This document shows, piece by piece, positions 8,970-18,918 of a DNA stretch of 61,007 nt; the stretch's first letter is position 1; every line of letters starts with the position of its first letter. Below the pieces are notes generated by a model. It made no database searches, was not told the DNA's origin, and worked only from the letters and a program-made list of their open reading frames with translations. The stretch lies in the NCBI GenBank assembly GCA_015654985.1, contig JAATFW010000287.1, forward strand, positions 1 through 61,007, in the 5' to 3' direction. This stretch comes from Sphingobacteriales bacterium (GTDB lineage Bacteria; Bacteroidota; Bacteroidia; Sphingobacteriales; Sphingobacteriaceae). A program made the translations under genes and the position numbers.

Positions 8970-9238
8970 AGCATGTGGGTTTTAAGAGATATAATCGTGA
9001 TAAAGTTATGTTTATTATCAAAAGTACTAACATTAATTTACAATTATAAGACATTTAAGAGAAAATATCGTTGCAAGAATGTAAAAATTCTTTAACTACC
9101 GAAAATTACCATCAGATCTTACTTTTCTTGATTTCGCCATTTGCTTGAATCTTAAAGTACTGTTGTTGGTTAGGACAATAATTCTTATAAATATTATTTA
9201 ATATTATTGTCATTTGAGAAGCGGGAGCGCGGAAAATA

Positions 9239-9475
9239 ATGGCAAGTGACTATATTGCTCCAATGGCGGAATTCATTAGTAGCTTTTACAATATTGACCT
9301 TAAGGACGCAACGGCAATAGCATGGGTGGGAGTAAATGATACACCGGGCTATCAAACTGCAACCAGCTTTGAATATGGCTCGGGGCAATCGATGTCGAAG
9401 TCAGAGTTAGCAGATATTTATAGGGATTATTTACTCGCGAATAAAGGGCACCAAATCCCAGCCAACTGTGAATGA
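9239..9475 (+). pseudogene. C-terminal fragment of a larger hypothetical protein
   Basis: 78-aa ORF MASDYIAPMAEFISSFY...ATAIAWVG whose stop abuts the next gene. Confidence 0.45.
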
Positions 9476-9971
9476 AATGAGAATCGCAACAACAACGTTA
9501 TTATTGTTAGGCTTGCTGCGGTGCAATGCCCAGCCAACCTTACAAGTGAAACAGGAGGTGGAGAAGAAGATTAAAGCATTTTTCATGGAAGATAAAGGCA
9601 TTTTTGAAAGGGTGGCCGATTCTGGTAAATTGTATACTTTCTTCTTTCAAATAGATGTAAGCCGGGAAAATTCCAGAAAGTTGCCCGTTACGTCAATAGA
9701 GGCGAACGATACAATTGCTTATCGGCTATATCCCGATTATCAATTTCTCAAATCGCTTCGATGGGATATTTATATGCCAACCAGGAAGAAGGCCAGCTTT
9801 ATCATACCAGTAATATTGGAGGTGATAAGTTCTAAAGCGGAAACATATGAGTATAGGAAATCAAACGGATTAAAATCGTTTCTGTCTCTTTTTAAAGATG
9901 ACAAAAATATTGAGGATTATATTTACTTTAAACCCATTGTATTTTTAATTAGTAAACAGGTTTTTGACTAG
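9468..9971 (+). CDS. secreted/lipoprotein hypothetical protein
   Basis: Signal-like MRIATTTLLLLGLLRC; 167 aa. Confidence 0.65.
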   Translation: MNEMRIATTTLLLLGLLRCNAQPTLQVKQEVEKKIKAFFMEDKGIFERVADSGKLYTFFFQIDVSRENSRKLPVTSIEANDTIAYRLYPDYQFLKSLRWDIYMPTRKKASFIIPVILEVISSKAETYEYRKSNGLKSFLSLFKDDKNIEDYIYFKPIVFLISKQVFD

Positions 9972-10139
9972 AAATAAGCGCTTGCGGAGCTTTTCTGTAT
10001 TCTTTATCAGGATGGATCGCAGTATAAAATGAAAGGTTAAGCATGTTGAAGAAAGTTTTATTATTATGTATTCTGGTTACATGCGTAAATGGATGATCGC
10101 CCCTTTTGATCCTGAAAAAATACAATAATTGCGCTTTAG

Positions 10140-10824
10140 ATTAATTCCCTGGTCCTGGCACCATTCTGCTAAAATACCAGCCACAAATTCGGGCCCGTTA
10201 TCAGAGCGGATCTTTTCCGGTTTGCCACGCCATTCGATCAGCTTTTCCAATTCCCGTATGACCCGCTGGGCTGGAAGGCCTGTGTCCACTGCAATAGAGA
10301 GGGCTTCCCGGTTGAAGTCATCGATCACATTGAGTGTCCGCACGCTCCTGCCGCTTGTCAATGTGTCGTGCATAAAGTCCAGGCTCCAGGTAATATTCGG
10401 CCCTATAGGGCACACTAAAGGTGCTTTAACACGCGCTGGCAGCCGCTTCTTCCTTTTGTTGCGAAGATTCAGCCGCATAGCGGTATAGATACGGTATACC
10501 CGCTTATGGTTCCACATATGCTGTAACTTCCTCAGCCGGTGGTACATCATCCAAAATCCCCAAGGTTTTATGAAGGTCGGCCAGCAAAGAGAGCTGTTCT
10601 ATCACCTGGCTGTCGTCTTTTCTCTTTGCTTTGTAGTAATACACCGAGGTACTGATCATAAACAGCATGCAGGCCAGCAGAAGACTCATCCGGTACGTTT
10701 CTCTGGCGTACCCGACAAGTTCCCGTTTTTCGGCAGGCCCTAGAGCTTTTTTTCGATCACATCCTTCAATACCGTTATCTGAAAAGCCTGCTCGGCTACG
10801 ATCTTTTTGTATTGGCCCAGTTCT
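10140..10824 (-). mobile_element. IS3-family remnant (orfA end, A7G slip site, frameshifted and truncated orfB)
   Basis: ...LKDVIEKKL* with AAAAAAAG at 10746-10753; NHKRVYRIY; WSLDFMHD; IDDFNRE; IRSDNGPEF. Extra frameshift at ~10560; both ends missing. Confidence 0.9.
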
Positions 10825-10826
10825 TA

Positions 10827-11564
10827 TTAGTCTCGTATAGAAGGTATATGCTCTTTAGGCTTACCATTTTTACGGTTAATGCGGTATTGCAGGTTAATAG
10901 CAAGGTTGTTTTTTGCTCCTGCAGCCGAAATTGTGTAGTTATACTGGTTCATGAGGCCACCGGTAATGCTTAACGATTTATCGAACTGGTAACCCATCCC
11001 CAGGAAAAAACGGTTGCGTTCGAAATGAGGAGCCTGATTAGTAAGAAATATCTCATCAAAAACACTGAGAAAAAATGTTTTAGAATCAATTTTTGCGTGA
11101 TTAAGCGGCATAGCCATATTTAACCGGTACCTAAAGCGATTGCGGTAGTCGCCTCCATCGAAAAAACGTTGTTCAATACGATAACGATGCTCAATTTTGA
11201 CCCTGGATAGAAACTGGTTAATTACCATTTGCTCCCAAAGCCGGGTTTCAAGCTTTGTGGGCGGCGAGTCAAGGTCGTCATAGTCATATGTTACATATCG
11301 GCCGGTACCAATAAGCGCCGTATAATTTTTGGCAATATCATAACTAATCCCGCCCTTTACCTCATAATAAAAAGCTTCATTGAAAAATTTGTTAGTACGG
11401 GTTTGCAACTCGATATAACAGCCCCAGCGGTGCGTAGTGTCGCCCGGAAGCACAGCAGTGATGATACCCCAGGTTCCCATTTTGTTATCCTGACCGTTAA
11501 CTTTATGTGAAAAAACAGTTAACATAGAAAGTAATATAACAATAGCAAAATCTTTTTGTAACAT
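10827..11564 (-). CDS. DUF2490 outer-membrane beta-barrel
   Basis: Signal peptide; ETRLWEQ, EHRYRIEQRF, RNRFRYR, FDEIF, NRFFLGMGY. TATTTTTG promoter at 11583-11590 favours the start at 11564. Confidence 0.85.
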   Translation of the reverse strand: MLQKDFAIVILLSMLTVFSHKVNGQDNKMGTWGIITAVLPGDTTHRWGCYIELQTRTNKFFNEAFYYEVKGGISYDIAKNYTALIGTGRYVTYDYDDLDSPPTKLETRLWEQMVINQFLSRVKIEHRYRIEQRFFDGGDYRNRFRYRLNMAMPLNHAKIDSKTFFLSVFDEIFLTNQAPHFERNRFFLGMGYQFDKSLSITGGLMNQYNYTISAAGAKNNLAINLQYRINRKNGKPKEHIPSIRD

Positions 11565-12048
11565 TATTTTAATATATCGGGGCAAAAATACCATCGTAAT
11601 ATTATGTTAATGTTAAATATTACAATCATAATGTTATCTTAATATTAAGACTGTCTTACATGTATTTTTTCAGAGAAAAAATTGTAAGGCGGAATGTTGA
11701 CGATTAGTGTACAAGAGGGATATTGGTAAAGTACCTCTTAGTGGCCCGGTTTTTGATTCTTTACAAAACGGAGCGGCAGTTTGCGCCATTCCCGAGGGAC
11801 AGATCTTTAAAATATTGACGCATGTCCGCCGAAGCGAAGATGACGGGTAGTCAGCTTGTCGTAGTGGCTGTAAGGGGCGGTGCACTTTCCACCCGTTCGT
11901 GCATGGCAAAACCTACGCCGGCGCAGTAATTGCGGAAACCGGTCAGCTACGCGGCGTCCCGGCGGGCATGCTGTCTTAAAAGATGTTCACATATCGCCGC
12001 CTGGCGGGAACTCATATAGAAATATCATTCAGGATTCATCTTCCACAA

Positions 12049-12089
12049 TAAACTTACTGACAAAATTTGTTTTTTTGTCAGTAAGTTTA
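12049..12089. promoter_or_regulatory. TetR operator, perfect 17-bp inverted repeat
   Basis: taaacttactgacaaaa-N7-ttttgtcagtaagttta directly before TATCTTTG (12092-12099). Confidence 0.75.
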
Positions 12090-12119
12090 AATATCTTTGC
12101 TAAAGAAATCGAATATTAA

Positions 12120-12737
12120 ATGACAACCGGTAACCTCGTACATAATGATATTCTTCCAGAACAAATCCTTCAGGCTGCGTTGCAATTGTATTTAAAGCAC
12201 GGGTTGAAGAAGGTAACCATGGATGACGTATCAAAAGTTATCGGAAAAAGCAGGAGTGCCCTCTATTATTATTACAAGAACAGGGATGAAATATTTGATG
12301 CCGTTATGGAAATGCTTATCTGCAATGTGATGAATGAGATTACTCTGGCTGTTGATAGAGCCGGTTCAACGGAAGATAAAATACGCGCTTTTGGCCTAAC
12401 CAAAATTAAGGTATCGGAAGACAAAAAAGACGTTTTTGCTGCGATGGAAGCTGGTATGAATGCCGATGAAATATCCAGGCATGCTAAAACCATAAACGAC
12501 ATACACAAAAAATTAATGAAGGCTGAATCAGGCCTGCTAAAAGCGGTATTTTCAGATGGTTTGAAGAAAGGAGAAATCCGCCCCTTAAAATCAAAAGAGC
12601 AGGACACGTTGATTTTTATCCTTCTAAGTAGTATTCGGGGCATACGACGGGAAATGCGGAATGAAAACGACTTCAGTAATTTAAAATTGACCATTAATAC
12701 CCTAACGGCAATGGTTATGAAGTGGCTGAACGGGTAA
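12120..12737 (+). CDS. TetR/AcrR regulator
   Basis: ILQAALQLYLKHGLKKVTMDDVSKVIGKSRSALYYYY HTH. Confidence 0.92.
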   Translation: MTTGNLVHNDILPEQILQAALQLYLKHGLKKVTMDDVSKVIGKSRSALYYYYKNRDEIFDAVMEMLICNVMNEITLAVDRAGSTEDKIRAFGLTKIKVSEDKKDVFAAMEAGMNADEISRHAKTINDIHKKLMKAESGLLKAVFSDGLKKGEIRPLKSKEQDTLIFILLSSIRGIRREMRNENDFSNLKLTINTLTAMVMKWLNG

Positions 12738-12755
12738 GATTTTTTTTGCATAAGA

Positions 12756-12782
12756 TTTGACATTTTATCAATTATTGTCAAA
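12756..12782. promoter_or_regulatory. second TetR operator TTTGACA-N13-TGTCAAA
   Basis: Same spacing as the 12058-12080 core; lies upstream of the MFS gene. Confidence 0.65.
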
Positions 12783-12805
12783 TAGTTATATTAAAGGCTC
12801 AGTGT

Positions 12806-14083
12806 ATGGCAGGTTTGAGTAAAGTAAGTATGTTCAAGGCATTCAGAAGCCTTAATTACACCTTGTATTTTGGGGGACGGTCGGTTTCGCAATTCGGGAC
12901 GTGGATGCAGCGCACAGCAGTTGTCTGGGTGATTTACTCCCTTACACATTCTGCTTTTATGCTGGGGCTTACCATATTTGCCGAACAGTTCCCGTCATTC
13001 TTGCTTTCCATATTTGGTGGTATTGCTGCCGACAGATACAACCGGTATAAAATCATTAAAATAACTCAGATCGCATCAATGATCCAGGCGAGCCTGCTTG
13101 CAATATTGGTGATAACGGGGCATTATGTCATCTGGGAAATACTTTCATTAAGTATAATACTTGGCATTATCAATGCTTTTGACGTCCCTGCAAGGCAGGC
13201 AATGATTCATGAAGTGTTGTATGATGAGGCTGATTTACCCAACGCACTTTCGCTAACTTCTGCGACAGCAAGCCTTGCTAAGTTGCTGGGGCCTGCCTTA
13301 TCAGGGCTCATTCTTGAAAAGTTCGGCGCGGGCATCTGTTTTCTTTTAAATGCCGCAAGTTTTGGCGGTGTGATGGTCTCCTTAGTGTTCATGAAATTGC
13401 CGGCTCACACTCCGCAAAAAATAAAAAAGAAGGTTTTTGCTGAACTGCTTGAAGGTTTTGATTATATCAGAAAAACTCCTTCTATGGGGATGATTTTCCT
13501 TATGCTGGCAATTGTGAGCTTGTTGGTTATGCCTTATGATACTCTGATACCTGTATATGCAAAGGTGATATTTAAAGGAAATGCCGCAACCTTTGGGTAT
13601 ATCACCAGTTTCATCGGTTTAGGGGCGGTTTGCGGAACCATCTTTTTGGCTTCTCTAAAAAAGGGGGCAAATCTTAAAAAGCACTTGCTGGGCAGCACTA
13701 TTATCCTGGGAATAGGACTGATTGCTTTCTCTCACGTGGGTATTTTTTCCCTGGCCATGTTGTTTGCCACCATATCGGGTTTTGGAACAGTAGCAATTGG
13801 CACAATCAGCAATATTATTATCCAGTCGGAAAGCGCATCGCACATGAGAGGAAGAGCGATCAGTATTATGATTATGGCCATGTTTGGCATGCTGCCTTTA
13901 GGAAGTTTGCTGGTGGGTGCGATATCTCAAAAAATCGGTGCACCCAATACCCTGCTTTTCCAGGGAGTTTTGGGACTTATTATCGCCGCCGCGTTCTCTA
14001 ATTTGCTGAGGTTCTCCAGGACAGACAATATCCCAAAATTACAGGTCGATGAAGCCGGAGAAGCGATCATTGAGAAAATATAA
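12806..14083 (+). CDS. MFS transporter (MFS_3/DUF894 type)
   Basis: GRSVSQFGTWMQ, GGIAADRYNR, NAFDVPARQA; about 12 hydrophobic segments. Confidence 0.92.
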   Translation: MAGLSKVSMFKAFRSLNYTLYFGGRSVSQFGTWMQRTAVVWVIYSLTHSAFMLGLTIFAEQFPSFLLSIFGGIAADRYNRYKIIKITQIASMIQASLLAILVITGHYVIWEILSLSIILGIINAFDVPARQAMIHEVLYDEADLPNALSLTSATASLAKLLGPALSGLILEKFGAGICFLLNAASFGGVMVSLVFMKLPAHTPQKIKKKVFAELLEGFDYIRKTPSMGMIFLMLAIVSLLVMPYDTLIPVYAKVIFKGNAATFGYITSFIGLGAVCGTIFLASLKKGANLKKHLLGSTIILGIGLIAFSHVGIFSLAMLFATISGFGTVAIGTISNIIIQSESASHMRGRAISIMIMAMFGMLPLGSLLVGAISQKIGAPNTLLFQGVLGLIIAAAFSNLLRFSRTDNIPKLQVDEAGEAIIEKI

Positions 14084-14107
14084 ATCAAATATTCAATAAA
14101 AAACAAA

Positions 14108-14671
14108 ATGGAACAGACCGTAAAAACAGCACTTTTAGTAATGGACATGCAATCGTCGATATTGAGCCGTCTACCTGATAATTCGGCATTAATAGATAAA
14201 GTGTCAAGAGCCATTGCAAATGCACACAAAAACAGCATTCCTGTTATCTATATAGTCGTAGGTTTCAGGGCAGGAGCTCCTGAAGTAAGTGCGGGCAACA
14301 AAGGATTTTTCGCTGCCATAAACAAAGAGCAATGGACTACGGAACAAGCAGCGCAATGGATAGAAATTCATCCTGATATAGTCCCGCAGCAAGGAGAAAT
14401 TATTGTGACCAAACGCCGTGTTAGCGCATTTACAGGCAGTGATCTGGAAGTTATTTTAAGAGCGCAGGGTATTCGACACCTGGTATTGACAGGTGTTTCC
14501 ACGAGCGGTGTAGTGCTTTCAACACTACGTGAAGCTGCTGATAAAGACTACCAGTTAACAGTAATTGACGATTGCTGCGCGGATGCAGATAACGAAGTGC
14601 ACCGGGTACTAATGACTAAAGTATTTGCAAGGCAAGCGGAAGTTCTTACTTTAGAACATTGGATTAAATAA
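14108..14671 (+). CDS. isochorismatase-family cysteine hydrolase
   Basis: ALLVMDMQ, KRRVSAFTGSDL, GVSTSGVVLSTLREAADKDY. Confidence 0.92.
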   Translation: MEQTVKTALLVMDMQSSILSRLPDNSALIDKVSRAIANAHKNSIPVIYIVVGFRAGAPEVSAGNKGFFAAINKEQWTTEQAAQWIEIHPDIVPQQGEIIVTKRRVSAFTGSDLEVILRAQGIRHLVLTGVSTSGVVLSTLREAADKDYQLTVIDDCCADADNEVHRVLMTKVFARQAEVLTLEHWIK

Positions 14672-14713
14672 ACCTGGACTTCGATGATATTCGAACGCAT
14701 CAGCAATTTAAGC

Positions 14714-14807
14714 GTTTTGGCGTGTTATGGATTTTTATAATACGCCAAAACTATATCCAAAAACATAATCTTAGCGTATTATAAGTTATCACACATTACG
14801 CCAAAAG
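14714..14807. repeat. tandem palindromic sites (GGCGT...ACGCCAAAA), res-site-like
   Basis: 14/15-bp inverted repeat at 14714-14751 and a second degenerate copy at 14770-14807. Confidence 0.55.
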
Positions 14808-15017
14808 TAACTTGTATTTGAAGCTGCATAAAGTTCAATTATGGAGAGCTAAACACAGACATTCAATATCGCACGAGCCAGATCTGAGATTTAAACTTTC
14901 ATTTTCTGCCATGGCTACAGCTTTTTGATTCTTTTAATCAATGGCACATAGCTACGGTAGACAAGACAGTCTTAAAGACAAAATCCATTAAAGGAACCGC
15001 TTTTTATCAAACAAAAT

Positions 15018-16022
15018 ATGCACATTCCACCTTACTTATTCATGGATAAAAGAACAGCTTTAGCAGGACAAACAGTTGTCATTACAGGTGCCAGCAGCGG
15101 CGCGGGAAGGGCGGCGGCATTGGAGTTTGCGCGTTACGGCGCTAATGTGGTCATTGCAGCCAGAAATGAAGCGGCGCTTAATGCGGTGAAAGCGGAATGC
15201 GAAGAACTTGGCGCACAGGTTTTGGTCGTAACAACCGATACCAGCGATGCCAAATCCATGATCAACCTGGTCAACGCGGCGGTCTATTGGCAGGACCGGA
15301 TCGATGTCTGGATCAATAATGCCGGTGTGCTGGCAGCGGGCGACTTTGACGTTACTCCTATGGCCGTCCATGAACAGATTATTAAAACAAATTTACTGGG
15401 CTATATGAACGGCGCCCATGCGGTCTTACCTGTCTTTAAAAAACAGCAATGGGGCACGCTGATCAATAATATCTCTATAGGGGGCTTTTTGCCTGTGCCT
15501 TACGGCGCAGGTTATACTGCGTCGAAGTTCGGGTTACGCGGGTGGTCGGAAGCGCTGAAAGCTGAATTGGCAGGCTGGCCGGAAATCTACATCTGCGATC
15601 TTTTCCCTGCATTTTTAGATACGCCCGGCATTCTGCACGCGGCTAATTACACGGGAAAAGTTTTGAAGCCTGCACCACCTGTATATGATCCTGTACGCCT
15701 TGCGCAGGCAATGGTCAGTACTGCTGCTGATCCTTCGTCCAATGCCTATGTAGGCAGCACCTCTCTCCTGTTGAAATTTTCGCATGCTGTTTTCCCGGAA
15801 CTGACTACGAAGGTAACCGGCTTCGTTATACGCCGCTATTTGAAAAATGCTTACCAGATCGCTTTGTCCGACGGGAACATATTTACGACCGTGGATTATG
15901 GAATGAGTATGCATGGCGGCTTTGGCCTCCCGGGCAAGCCTAAGGCGCACCGCAAATACATTGCCGGGGCAATGATCGTTGGCCTTGCTGCAGGTCTGAT
16001 GTTATTTAAAAGCCGCAAATAA
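15018..16022 (+). CDS. SDR oxidoreductase with C-terminal membrane tail
   Basis: TGASSGAG, NNAG, YTASK. The start may be 15042. Confidence 0.92.
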   Translation: MHIPPYLFMDKRTALAGQTVVITGASSGAGRAAALEFARYGANVVIAARNEAALNAVKAECEELGAQVLVVTTDTSDAKSMINLVNAAVYWQDRIDVWINNAGVLAAGDFDVTPMAVHEQIIKTNLLGYMNGAHAVLPVFKKQQWGTLINNISIGGFLPVPYGAGYTASKFGLRGWSEALKAELAGWPEIYICDLFPAFLDTPGILHAANYTGKVLKPAPPVYDPVRLAQAMVSTAADPSSNAYVGSTSLLLKFSHAVFPELTTKVTGFVIRRYLKNAYQIALSDGNIFTTVDYGMSMHGGFGLPGKPKAHRKYIAGAMIVGLAAGLMLFKSRK

Positions 16023-16232
16023 AGTTCGATAATTTATTTCCAAAATCCTTACTCAGAATAAATATCATCCATCCAGCTAACGGATGCCGCCGGCGTCTCC
16101 GTTTAAACATGCTCAATTGGAATGGGTATCATTAGCTTATGATTACCGGACGCGGGGAAAAGACCGGCCGTAAGAATCCTATTGATTTGGTTACATTATG
16201 TGGGGAATGAGGTGCCCAAAGGATTAGTCTGC

Positions 16233-16261
16233 AAAAAAGGCTAACCATGTTCGGTTAGCCT
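16233..16261 (-). terminator. intrinsic terminator after the PRC-barrel gene
   Basis: aggctaacc-N6-ggttagcct with an A-tract on the left. Confidence 0.6.
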
Positions 16262-16336
16262 CGCTGTTAATCACTTAACATTTTTGCATTGCATTAGTAA
16301 AGATTTCTCTTATCCGGATCGGTGCGCTCCGTTTCG

Positions 16337-16999
16337 TCAATTCAAATCATCTTCTTTATCCGCTCCCGGATCTTTTACTATAACCGGAGGTGTGTTCCTG
16401 TTATAGAACCTATCCTCGTTGAAGTGATCATGCGCGTAAAAATCATCTCTGTTATACGCCACAAAACCAGTTGCACCCAATCCTTCAAAGATATGCCTTA
16501 CTGTAGATTCCGTATCGGGTGTAACATAATCCTTTTTATAAGCAGGCAGTTGAATAAGCTGCCCGGCAGTCACCGGAACAAGCACCACTTTACCGTCATT
16601 ATAAGGATCATAAATACTATCATTATTGTCTGTATTTAGATTTGCATCAGATTCCAGCCCGCTATCTATCCGGCCTTCAGCTTCGTTATCTTGCTGCACC
16701 CAGTTATCGGCATCCTGAATATCGCCATTATTATATAAACTGGCTATACCTATTGGCACCAATACCTTTTTGTCCTCATCGAGACCTAATTTGTTACCGT
16801 CTAAATCGACTACCAGATAGCGTACCTTGCGTGACTGCGGATCGAAAAGCAGCTCGCCGACCTTACCGATCTGCTGCCCAAACTCGTTTTTCACATCCCA
16901 GCCTTTTATATTAGGTTCTCCGTCAACGATCTCATAATCACTGCCACCCAGTTCTACCAGGTGATTATATTTATTTTCTTCTAAAGCCATGACTTTCAT
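16337..16999 (-). CDS. PRC-barrel domain protein
   Basis: GEPNIKGWDV...IGKVGELLFDPQSRKVRYLVVDL...VLVPIG. Confidence 0.88.
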   Translation of the reverse strand: MKVMALEENKYNHLVELGGSDYEIVDGEPNIKGWDVKNEFGQQIGKVGELLFDPQSRKVRYLVVDLDGNKLGLDEDKKVLVPIGIASLYNNGDIQDADNWVQQDNEAEGRIDSGLESDANLNTDNNDSIYDPYNDGKVVLVPVTAGQLIQLPAYKKDYVTPDTESTVRHIFEGLGATGFVAYNRDDFYAHDHFNEDRFYNRNTPPVIVKDPGADKEDDLN

Positions 17000-17022
17000 T
17001 TTAAATTTTACTGATCTGTTTA

Positions 17023-17658
17023 TTATTGTTTCGCCGGAAAAGCAACAATTTCCACATTACGGTTTTGCTGTCTTCCGCTGGCAGTAGCGTTACTGGCTAC
17101 CGGTTCTTTTTCGCCGAGAGAATGGATAGACACTTTATCTTCTTCAACACCCCCGGTTTTAACCAGCCAGTCTTTTACCGCCGCGGCGCGTTCAGCTCCT
17201 AATTGCTTATTATGTGCGGCTGTCCCGGTTGAATCCGTACTTCCGAATACGCCGATAGATGCTCCTTTAAAACGCGTGTTCAGGGAGGCCACGATCTGCT
17301 TCAGTTTCGCTTCTGCGCTGCCCTGAATCGCTTTCTGATCCGATGCAAACAGAATATTCTCACCAAGAGAATAGATGGTGTATTCATCATTTCCGCGTAC
17401 GCTGATATCTTGATCGGTTATATCCGGATCGGACGATTGGGGAGCATTGAAATCTACTTTGCTCCAGTCCGGCTCCGTTGCAGCCAGAGCGTTTTCCCTA
17501 TCAATTGTAGTATCTGTAGAATCTGCGGTTGCTACCCCATTGGTATTACTGCCGCAGCCTCTAAACAGGAATAATAAAATTGCCAATGCGATTATTGCCA
17601 GCAAAAGCCAGATCCACCAGGGTGTCCCGCTTTTAGGTTTTACTTCTAAATGAGCCAT
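17023..17658 (-). CDS. OmpA-family peptidoglycan-binding protein
   Basis: N-terminal TM helix; GSTDSTG...LGAERAAAV...PVASNATASGRQQNRNVEI. Confidence 0.92.
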   Translation of the reverse strand: MAHLEVKPKSGTPWWIWLLLAIIALAILLFLFRGCGSNTNGVATADSTDTTIDRENALAATEPDWSKVDFNAPQSSDPDITDQDISVRGNDEYTIYSLGENILFASDQKAIQGSAEAKLKQIVASLNTRFKGASIGVFGSTDSTGTAAHNKQLGAERAAAVKDWLVKTGGVEEDKVSIHSLGEKEPVASNATASGRQQNRNVEIVAFPAKQ

Positions 17659-18189
17659 ATTTGTTATGTTTTTTAAAGTTTTGTTTTAATTTAATATTTA
17701 TAAAATTCCAATTGCTTTTTGTGATATGATGCTTCAATCCAAGTTATAGATAGATTTAATAATTTACAAGAAATTGCTCTTGCTGCAGGCTATTATGGTG
17801 TTCAATAATTATCTTCGGTCTCCTTATTCCTGCCTCAAAAAAGCAGGGATAAGACCCGCTAAATCCTGTATGTTTAAAGATTTTTCGGGACAATTGTTTT
17901 AATTTTTTTTTAATGTACTGACGGTTAATTCTTTATTGATATAATCAGCAAAAAGCCGCTGTGGTTCTATCATACTTAACCCGTCATGCTGTTAACTGGC
18001 CAGGGCATGTTTCTGGCGGCTGGTGAGTTGTTATTTTTAAAGCCTGTATACTGAAAAACGACACACAATCCGCAACGAATTTCATTTAATTAATTATTAT
18101 CTTCGCCTTAATAGGGCAATATTTCGCAATATTACCTTTATCAATTGGAATTACATTTTTTCAAACGGCAATTGTTTTATACATCTACT

Positions 18190-18594
18190 ATGGCAGTAAC
18201 AAACTTAAATATCAGGAGATCGTGCTTAACAGCATTGTTCTTCTTAACTGGTATTATCCGGGCTGGCGCACAGGATATAACAGGAATATGGCTAACTGCC
18301 AATGATGAAAGTAAAATTCAGATTTACAAATCGGGCAATGGTTTATATCAGGGAAAACTGATATGGACAAAAGATCAAAGTGAAAAAGCAAAAAAATTTC
18401 ACGGTTCTATGATTTTGACAAATTTTAAAAAAGAAGGAGAAACAGCCTACAAAGGAAAAGTGCACGACCCAAGAGAATCCAAAACTTACAACTGCACTAT
18501 CACAATGAAAAATAAAAACGATTTGGATTTGCGGGGCTATGTTGGCTTTTCGCTATTGGGAAGGACAGAACATTGGAAACGCAGTATTGATTAA
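18190..18594 (+). CDS. DUF2147 protein
   Basis: Signal peptide; ITGIWLT...GKVHDPRESKTY...LRGYVGFSLLGRTEHW. Confidence 0.88.
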   Translation: MAVTNLNIRRSCLTALFFLTGIIRAGAQDITGIWLTANDESKIQIYKSGNGLYQGKLIWTKDQSEKAKKFHGSMILTNFKKEGETAYKGKVHDPRESKTYNCTITMKNKNDLDLRGYVGFSLLGRTEHWKRSID

Positions 18595-18918
18595 AATAGA
18601 ACGTTATGTGTAGATTAGCTTATTCTTCACATGTTCATGCATAAATTAGATTTGTTCCTTCCTTATTTCACAATATTTCCATACCTTTGACCCCTGTGAA
18701 AATTGAAGTCAACTGCTTCAGCCTGTTGTACTCGGAACCCGGAGATTCTACCGGCAAACTCAAGCTTTTTCATTTATTTTCTGATATTAATCATTGGGAT
18801 TGTGACATTAAAGGGCTTGTTATTGCTTACGGACCGGGAGTAGAATTTACCTCACACGAGTGGCTAAGTGAAACCATCAACGAACAAAACATTAAAAATT
18901 CATACCACATTAACTGAA

